A stretch of DNA of 64,000 nucleotides from Rhizaria sp. SCN 62-66 (taxonomy: Eukaryota), in the NCBI GenBank assembly GCA_001724265.1, contig MEDY01000042.1, forward strand, positions 186,001-250,000. Reading direction: 5' to 3'. The notes under the pieces are model-generated. The model was not told the DNA's origin, ran no database searches, and saw only the letters and a list, made by a program, of their open reading frames with translations. A program made the position numbers and the translations under genes. This document shows, piece by piece, positions 26,201-41,200 of this stretch; the first letter of the stretch is position 1; each line of letters starts with the position of its first letter.

Positions 26201-29200
26201 TACTGAGTCAGCAACAGCGGTGGCATCACGACGCACGGGCTTCTGTGCGCGATGCGTTCTTGCTGGGTCTTATCTCTGACGCCGCTGACTCAAGCGTTAA
26301 CGTGAATGGCAGAGGCAAGGCTACTCTGCCGATTGGCGGACAAATCAACCCGGTGATTGCAGTCGCGTTGCAACGCGGCGTCTCGCCGTCTCGCTTACTC
26401 GCGGTCGCTGGAGACATCAAGGCCACGGCAGCGCTGTGCGCGTGCGCGACAGCGACTTCGCCCACGAATGCAGTGCCTGCTGCTGCGTCTGCGCCGCAAG
26501 CGACTGTGTCTCCCACAGCCGGTGCAGGGAGCCCGTGCCCGCCTGCGTCGTCGTCGGTCTCCGCAGGCAACTCTGCTGCGGCCAACGCGACCGGTAGCGA
26601 CTCCCTGCCCAGTGCGCACGTGCTGGCGTATCACGCTGCTGTGCCGTTGCGTGCTTTGCTTGCGACCGCCCTGAACGAGCTTGGCGGCCGTCATCATGAC
26701 TTGTCGTTCGCCTCTCGCACTGAGCGCGCTCTCTGCGCCGTCTACGTCAAGTACGCCGCTGCCTCTGCGACTGTCGCTGACGGGCTTATCGACTACTGCC
26801 GTTCGATTAACGCTGCTCGCCTGCTTGCACGTGCCACCGGTTCGCCCCCGTTGCGACTCACAATGCACCCGGCTGCGCCTGAGTGGCTCAAGCGCATTAC
26901 GCGGCTTATCTTTAAGGCAGTTCGTGAGCCGCTCATTTCGTTGCTGAACAAGCATGCCATTGCTATTGAGGCCGCTACTGCGGCTGCCGCGGCCGCTGCT
27001 GCTGCTGCAGCTGAAGCTGCAACTGCACACGCGCCTGGTCGCCGTATTATCTCGACGGGAAGCAATGCAGCGTTGCTCGCCCCGCGCTCTTTAGAAAACA
27101 ACGATGCTGCGATTGTTGCCGTTTCTGGCAGCAATCGGTCTGGATTTGTCCCAACGCCGCCCCCTCCCCGCGGCGCCAACGCTCTCACGACTGCGAACGC
27201 GAGCAACAACGCCAACACCAACTCAGGCGGCATGCCGCTCCGCAGTCCCACGCTGCGCCCGCCCTCTGCTCATGCGCTGGGAGCATCTGCTGCTGCTGCA
27301 TCTGCGTCAAGTGCCACAGCTGCGGTGAGCAACGCTGCGAGTCGCCAGCCTCGTGCCTCCCAGCAACAGCAGCCGGCGGTGTCCGTCGTTGTCACAAGTC
27401 CGACTGACGCGCGCCCCATTGCCGGCAACTCTAGTGCCAATGCGGGTGTGGCTGCGGCTGTCCCGCTGCCCGCGCGTCGCAGCCGTGGTCATCTTTTAGC
27501 GAGTGGCGCGGCGAACACTGCTGGATCCGATGCTACAACTGCATCGAATCCAGTAGCAAGTACTGCCCCTAGTGTTCTAGCTGTGCCCGACTTTGCAGCT
27601 TCTGCGCGCGCCCTTGCTGGCCGCTGGGGAGGTGCCGCTCTCGGCTTGCTCACTGAGTTTACTGCCGACGCGAACGGTGCGACAACCGGTGAGGGGGCAG
27701 TCGCGAGTACCAATCGTTCTGCTGCTCTTGCTGCTCGCGAGCGTGACAACTTCTTCCCAGACATCTGGGCGCACGGCTTTGACGATTCGACTTACATTCA
27801 ATCGCAGCTTGATCACAGTCATTTGCAGAACAATGGACATCAATGTTCCGCTAACTCGCACGGTGTGTTAACTGCTGCGCCTTCGTTGTCGTCACACGAC
27901 TCGTTTGCAAGCCCGCGTTTTCCTGCTGCGAACGCGGCTATGCGTACAGCGCACAACAACAGCCCAAGGTTTACATTCGAGACTTCACCGCCTCCGGCAC
28001 CCGTGGTGTCGAACCGCAACTCCATGCGTCCTCTGTCAGCTGTCGCACCTCCCGCCGCCGCGTCCGCGGCTGCCGGTGCAACGACAGCCTCTAACTCAGC
28101 TGGATCTGTCTCCGCAGCTGCGAGCACCGCCGCGCTGTCTCGCGCAGAGAGCTTTCAGGTTGACTGGGTGACTGCGATCGTGCACTCTGCACCGGCGGAC
28201 CTGGGGCAATGGGCGGGGCAGCTGATGCCTCTGGCGTTAAGCCGTCTGCAAGCACCCTCGTACTTACGCATGCGTGCAGTGGACGCGTTAACTCATGCCA
28301 TCCGCTCTTGCTCTGCTATGGCATTGTCGTCGCAGGCGAGTGCTAGCACCGATGAGTATGATGGCACTGACTGTGAAGCTGCCGCTGCAGACTTGGCGCT
28401 GAAGGAGACAACTGCACTGTTGTGGCCCGTATTGGCGCACGCGCCCCGGTTCTACGTCCACGCTGATCACTCGCTGCGTGCGCACTGTGACCGGTCGCTT
28501 GAAGGCTTACTTAAGGCGTGCGCGCAACGGCTCGCGATTGCACCGACGCATATCGCAAGCGCCCGTGAGTATTCTCACACCACTCTGCAGTCAAGCTTGA
28601 GCTCGAGCAATGGTACTGACATGCCACTCACTGCTTTGTCGCGCGCTCGTTTGCCGATGCTGTTACTGCCTTTAGCCCTTGAGCTTACGCCAGGTAACAG
28701 GTTCAGTGTGCTCTCATCAGGCGTGCTGCCGAGGCTGCTCGCTCTCATGCCGCATCTTGAGGCAAGCTTAACTCAACAGCAACCCAACGTTAAGGCATCG
28801 TCCTCAACTGCCACTGAGAATGTTGGCCAGGGCAGTGTCAGCGCACGGGCTCGCCTGTATCCAAGTCGCCGTGACAGCCTCGGTGCCAGTGCAAATCCCA
28901 ATGTGTTCGTTGCGTTGATTAAAGCGGCTACGGCGACTGAGGCGCGGGCTGAGACTCGAACTCTTCACTCATTTGCATGGCGTCGCTTTGTGTATCTCAC
29001 TGCGACCGTTATGCTTGCTGCTGCACATGACAACGAGGCAACGGCATCCGCTGCCGACATCGTCTCCGCTGGCGCAACAGCTGCGGGCCGCTCCCTAGCC
29101 TCGACCGTGACGTCTCCAGCACTCAGTTCCATCGTCCCCCCCGTGGTTATGTCCAGCATTCATCCTGGCACCAGCGCAAGTGTAGCAGGAAATGGCGGTG

Positions 29201-32200
29201 GCAGCGGTGTTGTGACGCCTCTAGGGCGTCGTCGTCCGAGGTCATCGCACCACGCGTCACCCCGCATCGCCGCTATCAACAATGCGGCGGGGCCGTCGTG
29301 CTCGCCGTCGCCGTCGCCGCTGGCGAGTCCGCTGATGAGCTCGGTGACGTTCGCTGCGTCGACGCGGTCTCCTGTGCCGCCCTTGCTCCTGCTGCCGCTT
29401 TCACCGGCGCCCAGTGGTGGTGTGCCTGCTGCTGCGGTGTCCCCGACGCACGCTAACGCACCGGCTGCCGAGAATGGTAGTGGCAGTGGCAACGGCAATG
29501 GCTACAGCGCTGGTGTGATGGCGGCGCAGGCGTCAGCCTTGATGCGCGATACAACGGCGCTGCTAGCTCTCGCCACGCTGCCGACTCTCCAGTGTTTGGC
29601 GATCAATCTTACCCGCGCTCTTGTCAGTAACAACGCGAATTTGCACCGTGGTATCCCGCTCTCAACATCGACGACTGCGACAATGACAGCCGCAGAAAGC
29701 TTTGCGCTCACTCAGTCGCTCACTCCGAAGTTGACTGATACGCTTGCGCTGCTCACAGCTCTCTCTGCGCGCACGTCCGCCCCTGTGCTCACGCCCGTAG
29801 CAGTCATGGTTCTTGTTGAACTCGCTTCCCGTGCAACCACGGCAGCCACGGACGCACTTATGCGGCCCCACAGTGCCGCTGAGATCACTGGCGCGCTTCC
29901 GGCCCCGGTGACTGCGGCTCTGTTCCGCTTCCTCTCTCTTGAGTTGCCGCGCCACGCGCCTGCTTCTCTCGAGTCTGCGCTGCCTCAGTTCTTCACAGTA
30001 CTCGCGTTGCCGCCCAGTGTGGCTGTGACGCCCGGCTCGCTTGCTGTGTCGCAATCCGCGGTCGCCACGCTCGCCGCGCTGAGCGCTGCCTCTCTGACTG
30101 CGGCCACCGCGAAGGGACCGCAGTCGCCCGGCCTCAACAGCACTGCGTACGCTGCTGTCGCGCAGACGCCGCCGCGCCGTCGCACTTCGCCGGCGCCCTT
30201 TAGCCCGGCGTCGTCCGCGTTCACTGCGACTGCGGCGACCGCGGCTGCGACCGGCGCGCCCGCTGCGGCTGCAGCGCTGGCGTTGGTCGCGCTCCACAAG
30301 TGTGCTGCGATGCCGTCCGGCGCTCTATCGCCCTTCGCTGCTGGCCTTGTTGCCACCATGCTCACTGCGATCGCGCCTCCTGCTAGCGCCACCGTGAACG
30401 CACAGTCGGCAACAGGAACTTCGGCGGGTGCTCCAGCTGGTGTGCATAGCACTCCGGCGCGCGCTACGCCGACTGGCCGCCCTATTCGCCTGTCTCCGGC
30501 ACCGCCCTCCGCCACAGCGTCTGCGAATGTTGCGAACTCGGCCAACAGTAGCAACAGTAACCCGCTAGTATCGCGCCCGCCACTTGCACCGGCTGGATCC
30601 CCGCCGCCCGCCATCCGGGTTGGCCACGCCACCGCAGCGCACTCGGCCTCTGCGGCGGCTACAAGCAACGCGGTGGCCGCTGCAACGGCGTCTGCTGTCG
30701 CCACAGGCGCCGCCGCTGCTCTCGGCAAGCGTCTGCCAAGCGGTGGCGATATGGCAGCTCTGACGACGACCACCACCAACGCCACAGCCACCGTAAGCAC
30801 TGCTGTTGTTGGGCACGTTGTCATGGCTGATCCCCCGGTGGTGCCGTTGCCGCTGCCTCTGCCGCCGGCACTCCTCACGACTTTGCCGGGCCGGTCTTCG
30901 CCTGCTCCGGCTCCTGTGTCGAACAACTCCGCTGTCGCGGCCGCGATTCCGACGGGACAGCTAGCCAAGTGTGCGGGACAGAGCGTGAGCGTTGCTGAAG
31001 TGCTTTCGCGCGCATTGCTAAGTGTGTTTTCTAATATTGTACTCGTCACAGAGATGCCTGAGCTTGCTGTCATCAGCTCTCTGACAAAGCGTTCACGGTC
31101 TCAAAAACAACAGCTGCAGCAGCAGCAAGGCGCTACCGCAACAGCGAGCTCTGGTGTAACTACGACCACGACAGCGTCGGGGCGCCGTGTTACTCTTGCT
31201 AGTGACACTGCGGCACGCAGCAACGTTACTAGCAGCGAATCACAGTCCGCTGGCATTGTTGATCCTCTGAATCTCAATGCGACTGCGAGTGTCGCTTCTG
31301 TGACGCCGCTGCGTGCGCAGGTCACGATGCTCGCCCGCACTGAGCAGCTGCTTCCGCAACACCCGCACCGGTTTGCAGTGCGCGCAACCCACAAGTCTCC
31401 CTCTGCTTCTTCGCGCTCGAGCGCTTCCAGTGCGAACAGCAATACCACAAGTGATGAAATTGGCGGCGGTGGCACTGGCGTTCCAGCCGCGCTGTCGCTG
31501 GCTCCGAGCTCAGCTGCCTTGCGCTGCATTGCACGCGAGCTTGGTGTCCTGCTGCGCACACTCGCATTGGCGACAAAGACACAGCAACGCGGTGTCGCTG
31601 GCGGTTTTGCATTGTTCCTGCCTCCCGCGATTCCTCAGCCTGCGCTTGCCAGCTCTCACTCGCACAGCAACACAGGCACGCCCGCAGCTCCGTCTGGCCG
31701 GATGTCGCTGTCGGCGGTGCAGTCCCCGGCGCCGCGGTCGGGAAGCGCCGCAGGATCTGCGTCGGCCTCAGCCGTCACGTCGCCGGTCAAGGGGCTATCG
31801 GCTTCGTTCATCGCTCTGCCGTCATTGCTGCCGAACGCGACAGCTGGTGCGAGCGCAAACGCGAGCAAGAACGCGGCGCTTCTCACGACGACGACGACGA
31901 CGACGACGACAACAGCGACAGCTGTGAATAGCACAAGAGCGTCAAGTGCGGCTAACGATGCCGTCACAAAGACTGAAGCGGCGGTTGATAGCGTGCAGAC
32001 TCCTATCAAGCCATCGCCGCGCACAGTCCGATTCCTTGCTACAACCGCAACGCCAGCGTTAGCTGCAACAGCGTCTGCTGCGCAGCCGCAGCAACAAGCT
32101 CCTGTCAGTGACGCTGTCACTAACGGTCCTGCGTCTGCTCCGTCTCCGGTGCCTGGCGTCACTACTGGTGGTCGTAACGTCGCTTTGAAGCTTGTCACGA

Positions 32201-35200
32201 AGCACCGCATGGCTTCGCAGGTCACGACGACGACGGTGGCAACTGTGGCGTCCGTGCCTGAAACATTGACCCCGGTCACCCCTGTTATTGGTAACGGCGC
32301 AGCTGCAAACAACGGCGTGGTATCGGCCGCCCGCTCTCTTGATTTCTCACCCAGAAGCCCCGCAACGGCCATTTCTGGCACTAACACTGCGGCCGACAGC
32401 AACAGTGTGTTGAGTCAACACCAGTCGCCGCGTGTGCCGCCCGCTCTGCTCGCCCCCTTGCTCCCCGCATCGGCATCGACGGGTTCAAACGCAATCTCCG
32501 CTCAAACCAGTAATAACAGTGAGTTAACGCTCGAGGCACTGCCCCTGTCGGCCGCGGCGTCGTTCCCCCCACTCCCGCGCCGCTCGCCTGCCCCGACGCA
32601 AGTCATGACCCCTGCGGCGAACTCACAGTTGGCTAAGCCGCTGGCCCTAACACCATTTGCCTGGGCTCACTGCATGCTGCCTGCCTTAGCGTACGCTCTG
32701 ATGCGTCCGATTGAAACGAAGCCATCTGCGCCGAAGCGCAAAGACAACGAGAACGACGATGGCAACGTAACTCCGATGACAGCCGCTGCTTCCGCTGCGA
32801 CTGCTGTTCCCGCGTTTCCGGGCTCTTCATTTGCGCTTCTCACTGCGGTCGCCGCTCTGCTGGGCGGCTTTTCGCATGCACCAGCGCTTGCTTCTGCCGC
32901 TGCAGACGCCGCCACGCTCACTGACCCCGCCGCAGGATCGTTTTTTGGTCCTTCGCTGCGTCCTGGTGATCTTGTCCACGTCTGCACTGGCGGCTCTGGC
33001 TCCGGTGCCGCCGGCGCTCAGGCTGCCTCCACTGCGTTGGCGTACCCGTTGTCGCTCGTCTCGACGGTGACGCACCGCCCGGGACCCGCCGGCGCGAGTG
33101 TTGCGACTGGGCGCGGCGCTGCGGGACCTGTCGTTGCCGCGCGCGTTGTCGCGTGCAACTGGGCTACTCGTTCCGTTACAGTCTCGCTCCTGCCGCAGGG
33201 CGCGCCCGCTGAGACCGTCATCCCAGTCACGGTCACTAGCGCTGACTTTGCTGAACAAAGTGACGCTGTGGAGGCTGAGTCTACAACTGTAGTTGCGACG
33301 ACGGCTGTCGGGCCTGATGTGCCTGCACTACTGTTCTCGTATGCATACGCAGTGCCCGCAGTTGGCAATGCGAACAGCAGCTACAGTTCGGAGTCGTCCT
33401 CGTCAAGTTCGGCTAACATCAGCAATACCAATGGCATTAGCAGCAGTGCTCCCGTCCGTTCCCTCGATCACTCGTGGGGTGCCATCGCTTCTAACAACAA
33501 TAGCAGTCGTCCGAACAGTGCAGCCACAACTGCCGCGTCACTTAAGGCGAGTCCGCTAGACACCGCAGCTCAGTCACTGACGACACTGCCGCTCGCGGCC
33601 GTTGTCCGCTGGCCTGAGACGGAGCCCACAGTCGCGCTCACTCACGCCCTTGCAACGACTGTTGCTGCCACGCTCTTTGTACGCAAGGATGATGTAGATA
33701 CCGAGACCAGCAACAATAACCAGATGTTGTATGACTGCGATAAGGTCAATGCGAGCGCTGCGCCTCAAGAAGCTCTGCTTACTGTTTTCAGTGCACTTGC
33801 TAAGAATCTCAGCAAAGCTACAGAGAATGGCAAGGATAACAGCGCTAAGAGGCCTGCCAGTGCGAACAGCATTAACACACTAGATGCGGGTGCAGCGGCC
33901 ACTGCAGCTGCGGCCTCCGCCGCCACTCGTGTAATGAACGCATCCGTAACCAGTGCCCGCTCACGTGTGCGGCTGGCTCTGTTGCGCGCAGGCGCAATCA
34001 CTGCAGAGCCCGCGACTCGCGCCATCTCGGCCGTGACTACTGCGCACCCGGCGCTCGCCGCAGCTCTCGCCAACTTGCTTGCGATCAAGGGTGTTGCGAC
34101 GGCTGCAGCTGCAGAGAATGTTCTGCTTGTAATGAACAGGGCACGCGCACTGCGTGTTCTGGCTGCTCTAGATAGTCTCGCAGACACTGTCTGTGCAGCT
34201 GACTCGAAGAGCGATGCTGGCAATTCTGCATATTTGCTCGCGCAGAGTGTTGCGACTGGCCTACAAGCAACAATGGCGCTGGCCACGCACTTGCACACAA
34301 CTGCACTCGCGCGCACCCCCGGTGTCTCTCTGCAGCCCTACATTCCCTCGCCGCAGCAGCAACAACAAGACGCGTTAACAGCGGGTTGCGCCGGCTCTGG
34401 CGGCCTCAGCGACACCGTGCAGGCCGGCTGGGGCGCCCACGCCCGCTGCGCGCACAAGTCGTTACCGCGCCGCGAGGCGCTGCTGCGCTCTCTGATGGGC
34501 CGCGGCGACCCCGCCCGCGGCGGCACCGCCGGCGAGCCGCTGCTCACGCTGCCGCCGACCGCCGCGACGGTCGACGCGCTGTCCTTCGCGGGCGGCTGCC
34601 GCGCCGCGAGCCAAGAGGACCGCGAGCGCTGCCCCTACGCATCGCTGCGCGTGCCTGCGCTGTGCGCGCCGCTTGACGAAGACCGGCCGTACCAGGACAA
34701 GCCGGTGATTCTGGCGTACGCCGACCACATCACCGGCATGGGTTTCTCCCCCACTGCGGCGCACCTGGCTCTCGTGCTTGCCCGTGGCGACCTACAGCTC
34801 GCGCTGAACCTCATTCTCTCCGGCGAGGTTTCCGACGATGACGTTGATGAAGCTGCGTTGGCGACGCGCTGGGAGCGGCTGCTCGACGCGCTTGGCGTCC
34901 GCAGTGAAGTGGCGGCGTTCCAGCAGCAGCAAATGCAGCTGCAGGCGCGCCAGGGCCGACTAAACCAGTACTCAGCCGACAGGTTTGAGGCCTGGGCGGC
35001 GGCTGCGTTCAAGGCAGACCCGCGTATCTCGCTTTTGGATAAGCAACACCTCACTACACGTGACGCGCAACGCGCTGCTGCGAGCGCGTCCAATGCTACA
35101 AACGAAAGCGAGGGCATCACTGTGGAGTCTGCGCTCGCACGTGACGGTGCGGCCTTGCTCCGTGCCCCGCCGTCTTTGTCCGCCTTAGTTGCAGGCGCAC

Positions 35201-38200
35201 GCGTGTACGCCGGCCAGGCCGTTCTCTTCAGCGACACCGACGTCGACGCTGCGGCCGCCGCTGACCTGGCTTCACCCGCGCTTGCATTGGCCGCCGCAGC
35301 CGCCGCAGTGCAGTCCGCCGCGCCCGCCGCGGTCGCGTCCGCCACCGGTGCGCTCGCGCCGACGGTGACGCGCGCCCCGCGGCACGGCTGCGCTATCCAG
35401 GCCGCCGCGCTGGCCGCCGCTGCAGCTGCACTGGGTGACGCTCCCGGCAACAGCGCTGCTGCTGCCACTGGCAGCACCGGTGTGGCCACTGGCAGACGGT
35501 TGCGGCGCTCGCGCGGTGCCCCTGTCTACCCGCGCCTCACTGTAAGCACGATCAACGCCAGCACGAACGCCAACGGACAGAGCGAGTCGCCGATGTTGTC
35601 GCAGTTGCAGATGCAGCACCCGATGCTGTGGGCCAGCGGTCTGCAGCTGGTGCGCCCGCTGCCGCAGTTTGTCGGCCACGGCAGTGAAGTGCGCACCAAG
35701 GACGCGATGCGTCTGTCACGTGCAGCTGCGCACCGCTGGCAACGCGACTTCCTCAAGATCAACTCGAACGCCAACGGCAGCGGCGCTGTTGAGAACGTAG
35801 ACAGCGACGATGCTGATGAAGAGGAAGAGCTTGAAGAGGCCGAGCAAGCCGCCGCTGCCGGCGAAACGTACTGGTGGAGCGATGATGAGGGCGAGGCTGA
35901 CCCGATCTACCTCCAGAATGAGTGGACAGACGAGGATGAAGATGACGGCAACCCTCCTGCGAGTAGCAGTAACAAGGATGGCAGCAGCAGTCCGAACGCA
36001 TCCAACGCTGTGTTTTCGAGTTCAACCACGAACTCTCTCATGTCATCTCTCTTGAACTCTGACGCTAGCGTCAGCACGAACAAGACAACACCAGTCGAGT
36101 CAATCGTGAGTTCCAACGGCAGCACTGCCGTTGGTGCAACTGCGGCTGGCCAGATGCCGACGCCGCGGCCCCCGCGCAGCCGACTCCGCGCGTCGCCGCG
36201 CCCCCGCTTTGGCTCCACAGCCTGGCATGCGGGCGCCGTTGTCGCTCTTACGCCCGCCGCAATCCGTCTCCTTACCCGCGCTGCGAACAACAAGGTCACG
36301 GAGACTCTCAATCACTCCGCCAACAGCGCTGCTGCGGTGGCGGCTGTAGGCATTACCGGCGCAATGTACCGCGAGGCTGCTCCGCGCGCGCACGCCTTGA
36401 CTGTCTCCGGCGGAGCTACTAGTGGTGAGACACCGCAGCAGCTACGGCAGCAACTTGTGGCCGTGGGTCCCTGCGACCTCAACGCGAACGCGTCGCTGCA
36501 CCCGTCGCTGGGCTGGGGCCAGGGTCCTGACGCCGTTGTCCCCACGGCGCACGGCCCGCGCACGCGGCTCCACGTCGGCGACGTCATTATCTGCTACGAC
36601 GCCGCTGGCGCGCTCAGCAAGGCCACAGTGATCAAGCAGCGCAACGAGCAGTCGTATCTCATCCACTACATCGGCTGGGAGACCAAGTGGGACGAGTGGC
36701 TGTCGCACCCGCTCGCCGCGCGCGTCGTCGCAGTGCTGCCTTCGCCCGCCCGCTGCGCGCGAGGTGGTGCAATGGCGGCTGCGGCGGCGCCGTCGGACGC
36801 GACGCCCTGGGTCGCGCGCGTCTATGACTGGCCTGCTGCGTTGCAGGCGGCGGCGCGGACGTTTGCGGTGCAGCCGCCGTCTCGTATTGCGCTGCGCAAG
36901 CAGCGGAGGCAAGCGAAGGCTGCGAACAAGAGCAACGGGATCTTTAGCGTCACGGGCTCTAAGGGTGGCAGTGGCCGGAAGGATGAAATCTACGACCTCG
37001 ATTACGACAGCGATGAAAACGATTGCGAACCTGACTCGGTTTTGTTTAGCAACGCCGACAATAGCAATGGTGGCAACATGTCCGTTGGCGCCGCGTTCAC
37101 TGCTCGCGATGGCGGGAACGAAGGCGCTATCGACGTCGACGACGACTACGAGGAAGACGAAGATGCAATCACTGAAGCGCTGTCACGCGACAACCGCCTC
37201 TTCGCAGCAGCTGCCCGCCGCGCCCCACACCGCCGCACCAACAGCACCGTCAGCGTCAGCGCGCGTCGCCGCGGCGCGCACTTCTGGCACGCGCCGCACG
37301 GCCCCGCGCCCGCGGCCTCGCTCGCGGCGCTCGCGTCTATCTCCGCGCCGCACAGCGCCCGCGCCTCCCTCGCGTTCGCCGCCGCGCTGCTGCCGCGCCC
37401 ACTGCCGCTGGCGCTGCCGCCGCCGCCCGCGCTGGCGGCCGCGCTCGATGAGCCCTCGCAGCCAGCCGCCACGGCGCCCGGCCAGTCGCCCGCCGCGGCC
37501 GCCGCCGAGGCGTGCGCCGCGCTCGCTGCCGTCGAGGCCCTTGCGGTCGCCACAGGTACCGTGGTTGCCGTAGACCGGGGGCGGCGCGCCGTGCTTGTCG
37601 CCGTCGCGGGAGCCACCGCGGCGGCCACAGCCACGGCGGCCGGCGCCGGCGCGCTGCTGTGCTGGCTTCCGATGGCTCTCGTCGTGCCCACCGCGACGCA
37701 GACGGCGCTGCAGGAGCGCGCTGGCGGCGCTGTCGCTGCGGGCGCCGCGGTCACCGCGACGAGTCTGTTGCGGCAGGCGCACGCCGGCGCGAGGCTGCAC
37801 GCGCGGCTCTCCGGCGCCGCTGTCGGGACAAACGTCCTTGTGACTGGACAGCTTGCTGACGCTGCAGCCACTTCTCTGACGGGAGCTGTGACCGCGACTG
37901 CGGCGCATGTGCGCGCTGTGATTGCGAGCCACCGTGCGTTCGCTCTGCAAACGCTACCGTCCACGATGCTTCTCACAAGAAGCAGTGCTAGTGAAGTTAC
38001 GACTCTGACGGCGACGACGACAAAGTTGCCGTGGGTCTCGGTCACGTTGCAGAAGCAGTTGTGCGGTGGACTCGGCATCAACTCTCGAGGTGCGCTGCAC
38101 GCGCTCTTGGCTGCGGCGGGGCCACTTAACCCGCTCAGCCTCGCTGCTCTGGCACCGCTATCCGCGGACGCGTCACCCCATGCAGGCATCGGTACCGTGG

Positions 38201-41200
38201 GCGCCACTGCGCCGAGCGTACGCGACGCGGTGGTTGCGACGGTTGCGACAGCGATCGCTCTCGGGGCAGCCACAACACTCACAGGGGTCGCTGGGAGCAG
38301 TGCTTTTCAGTCGCCGTCGTATGCTGATGTACTAGAAAACGTGTGCTCCGATGCATTCACCGAGCTCAACACCGTTAGCGCAGTGGCCAGTGGTCTTGTT
38401 GTCCCTCTCAAGGATACGGCGAACCCTCTGCCAGCACACTTGCTCACCTCCGAAACGACTGCCCCGACAGTGCCTGTGACCCAGTCCAAGCCGGCACTCA
38501 CCGCCAAGAGCGTTGATTCCGCAGCCGAGGCTGTCTCGGAGGCGTCACGCGCGTTCGTGTACATCTTCCCCGAGTCTGACCAAGCCGTGCGCTGGCCGGG
38601 CCTGGCCTCGAAGGAGCACAGCCGGCCCGCGGCTGCGCTGAGGGCCGCGCGCCTTGCGCGCCGGGCTCGCGGTCAGCAGTGGGAGCGCGCTCGCCAGCGC
38701 CGCATCGCCAGCTGCGGGAACACCAATAATGTCAGGAAGCCTGTTGGTGTTGCTGCCATCGCTGCAGCTGAAGCTCTTATCACGACACCGCTTGTGCCAA
38801 CTGCAAGTAATTGCAGCGCTGATGCGAATGCAAGCATTAAGTGTGGTAGTGAAACCGCAATGTCGCCGTATCTGCTTGTCGCGCCGCACCCTGCCTTCCG
38901 CGCGATGTTCCCCGTCCGTTTTTACGCCGACCCCGCGTGCACGGTCTTGGTCAAGGAAATCGCCAAGCACGCCGCGCTGCCGGAGCCATTCATCGTGCCG
39001 AACCCGGTGTACATCAAGGCTGGTTCGGTGCTTCCGTCGATCTTCTTCGACGTCGCCGCGGAAGCCTACGCCGACGACCCGGAGCTGTTTTACGTTGCGC
39101 CGTGCAGTTTCCCTGCGCTTGAGCGCGCGGCCGCAGCGGTGCAGTCACTGCTGGCAGCGAGGCGGATGCTTTTGCGCGACGGGGCGATGCAGTCTCGTGT
39201 TCTCGCCCTTGCTGACTCCGACGCTACGAGCAACAGCACCTGTGAGGAAGTCAACACCCGGTCTAGTGATATTAGGACTCTCGTTGGTGAAGCTAAACAG
39301 AGGCGTGCAAATGCGCGTGTGCGTGCGATTGAGACCGTTGACAAGCAGCTGCTTTCGTTCTTCTCGCTTATGCTGACTGCTACCGCCCGGTCTTACCTGG
39401 CGTCGGGTCCCGTGCCTACAGTTACTGGCTCCGGAAGTATGGGTCTTGTGCCATCTGCCGCTGCTCTGCAGCTGTCACCGAGCCCGCTTTGGTGGCTGCG
39501 GGCAATGGCAATGCAAATCGCGTCTGAGATCGTCGCTGTTCTGACAACGTCGACAACCCCGCTTGTACTCGCGTCGCTGCCGTCCCCGTGGCGCGTCACC
39601 GTGCCCGCCACCGCTGCGGCCGCAGACACGGTTGCGTTCAGCGGCCCGCTGCTTGCAGTGCACACGGTGATGACGCTGGCGAGCGAGGAAGCCGCGCTGC
39701 GCGTTGCTGCTGAGGCTGACTTTGGCGCGCAGCTTGAGCGCTTTATCGTCGATCCTACTGAGCCGACTCCGACGCCGGCAGCTGCCGCTCCTGCGACTGA
39801 CAACGCCCCTGCAGCTGCTGGCGGTGTGGCTTCGGCGGCTGCGCCGGCATCTGGTGCGTACGGTGTTACGGTGGACAGCCTCCCTGTCAGTGAGCAAGAT
39901 CAACCAGCTGCTGGCAACGACTCATTTGAGCACGTGTTAGCGGCGGCTGCGGCGGCGGCGCCGCCGTCTGCTTCCGACGACGATGACGATAACAGTCGAA
40001 GCGCGAGGGGCAGTAACCATGACGATGTGGACATCAGTATCGCGGACTCCCCTCGCTATAGCAACATTGATTCACAGTCGCCCAGCAATGGTGAACAAGG
40101 TCCTTTGACAGCGGCAGAAGTCGGTTCGTCGCTGCAGGCATTGAGCCAGCAGCTCGGCGCGCTGAACGCGATTCTCGCGCAAGTCCAGTGGGCTACTGGT
40201 GTCGACAATGACCCGAGCAGCGCAAGCAATGGCAACAGCGCCAACGCCAACATTGCGATTGCGTCACCGTTCTCTCCCGCGCCCCGTACGCAGGCACCAC
40301 GCCAACAGATGACCTCGTCATTGCAGTCACCAACCGACTCGAACATGAGCCCCTCAACCGCAGCACGCTCTCGCGGCGACATCACTGCATTCTCCCGACT
40401 TGCGCTTGTTTCCGCGCCAATCCCTGCCCCGACATCACAGCAGCAGACGCACCTTACCGCTGCTGCTGCCGCCGCTGCGGCCGACGACAGCGCTGCTGCT
40501 GGCACCACTGCGGCAGTGACGCCGTCGTCCTCGCTTGCAGCTTCGCAGAATGCGGCTGCGTTGTCGCGCCCGGCGCTGTTCTCGCGGCACACCATGCGTC
40601 TTCTGGAGTTCTCGCAGTTCATGTGGCGCTGGATTCGCTATCTCGCGACTATGACGAGTGATAGCGAGACAACTGCTGCTGTTTCTGAGCAGAGTGGCGA
40701 CTACGCGCTTTCATGCGCTCACATTGCGGCAACAACTGCGGCGACAGCAGCGACGCGTGTCAATGCTAGCGCGAACAGCTCGGACAAGGGCACTTCAGTA
40801 GCTACCGCTGCACTTGCTGGTCTCTTCAACGACATGCTTTCCCCTTCCAACAACAGCAACGCGAGCACGAGCAACGATGTGAGTCCTACATCGGGCTCTA
40901 ATGCTCGTAATGTTACTCGCTCTTTGATCGCCAGTGCGAGTGCTGCGAAGCTCGCTCCCTCTGTCTCGCTGTCGTGTCTGGTGTCCCCGCTGGCGCTCGC
41001 CGACGCAGTCGCTCTTGCGCTGCCCGCTGCGCCCCCGCTGCTTGCACCGGCGCTCGCAAGTCTCCTGCGCACGTGGCACTCCGCGCGCTCTCTCGACACT
41101 GCCCTCGCACACGCGCAGGCTGTTAACAACCGAGGTGACAAGAGCAAGAACGCAGAGCGCCGTGTGTCGCCGTACGCGGTTAAGACGTCGTATATTGAGG

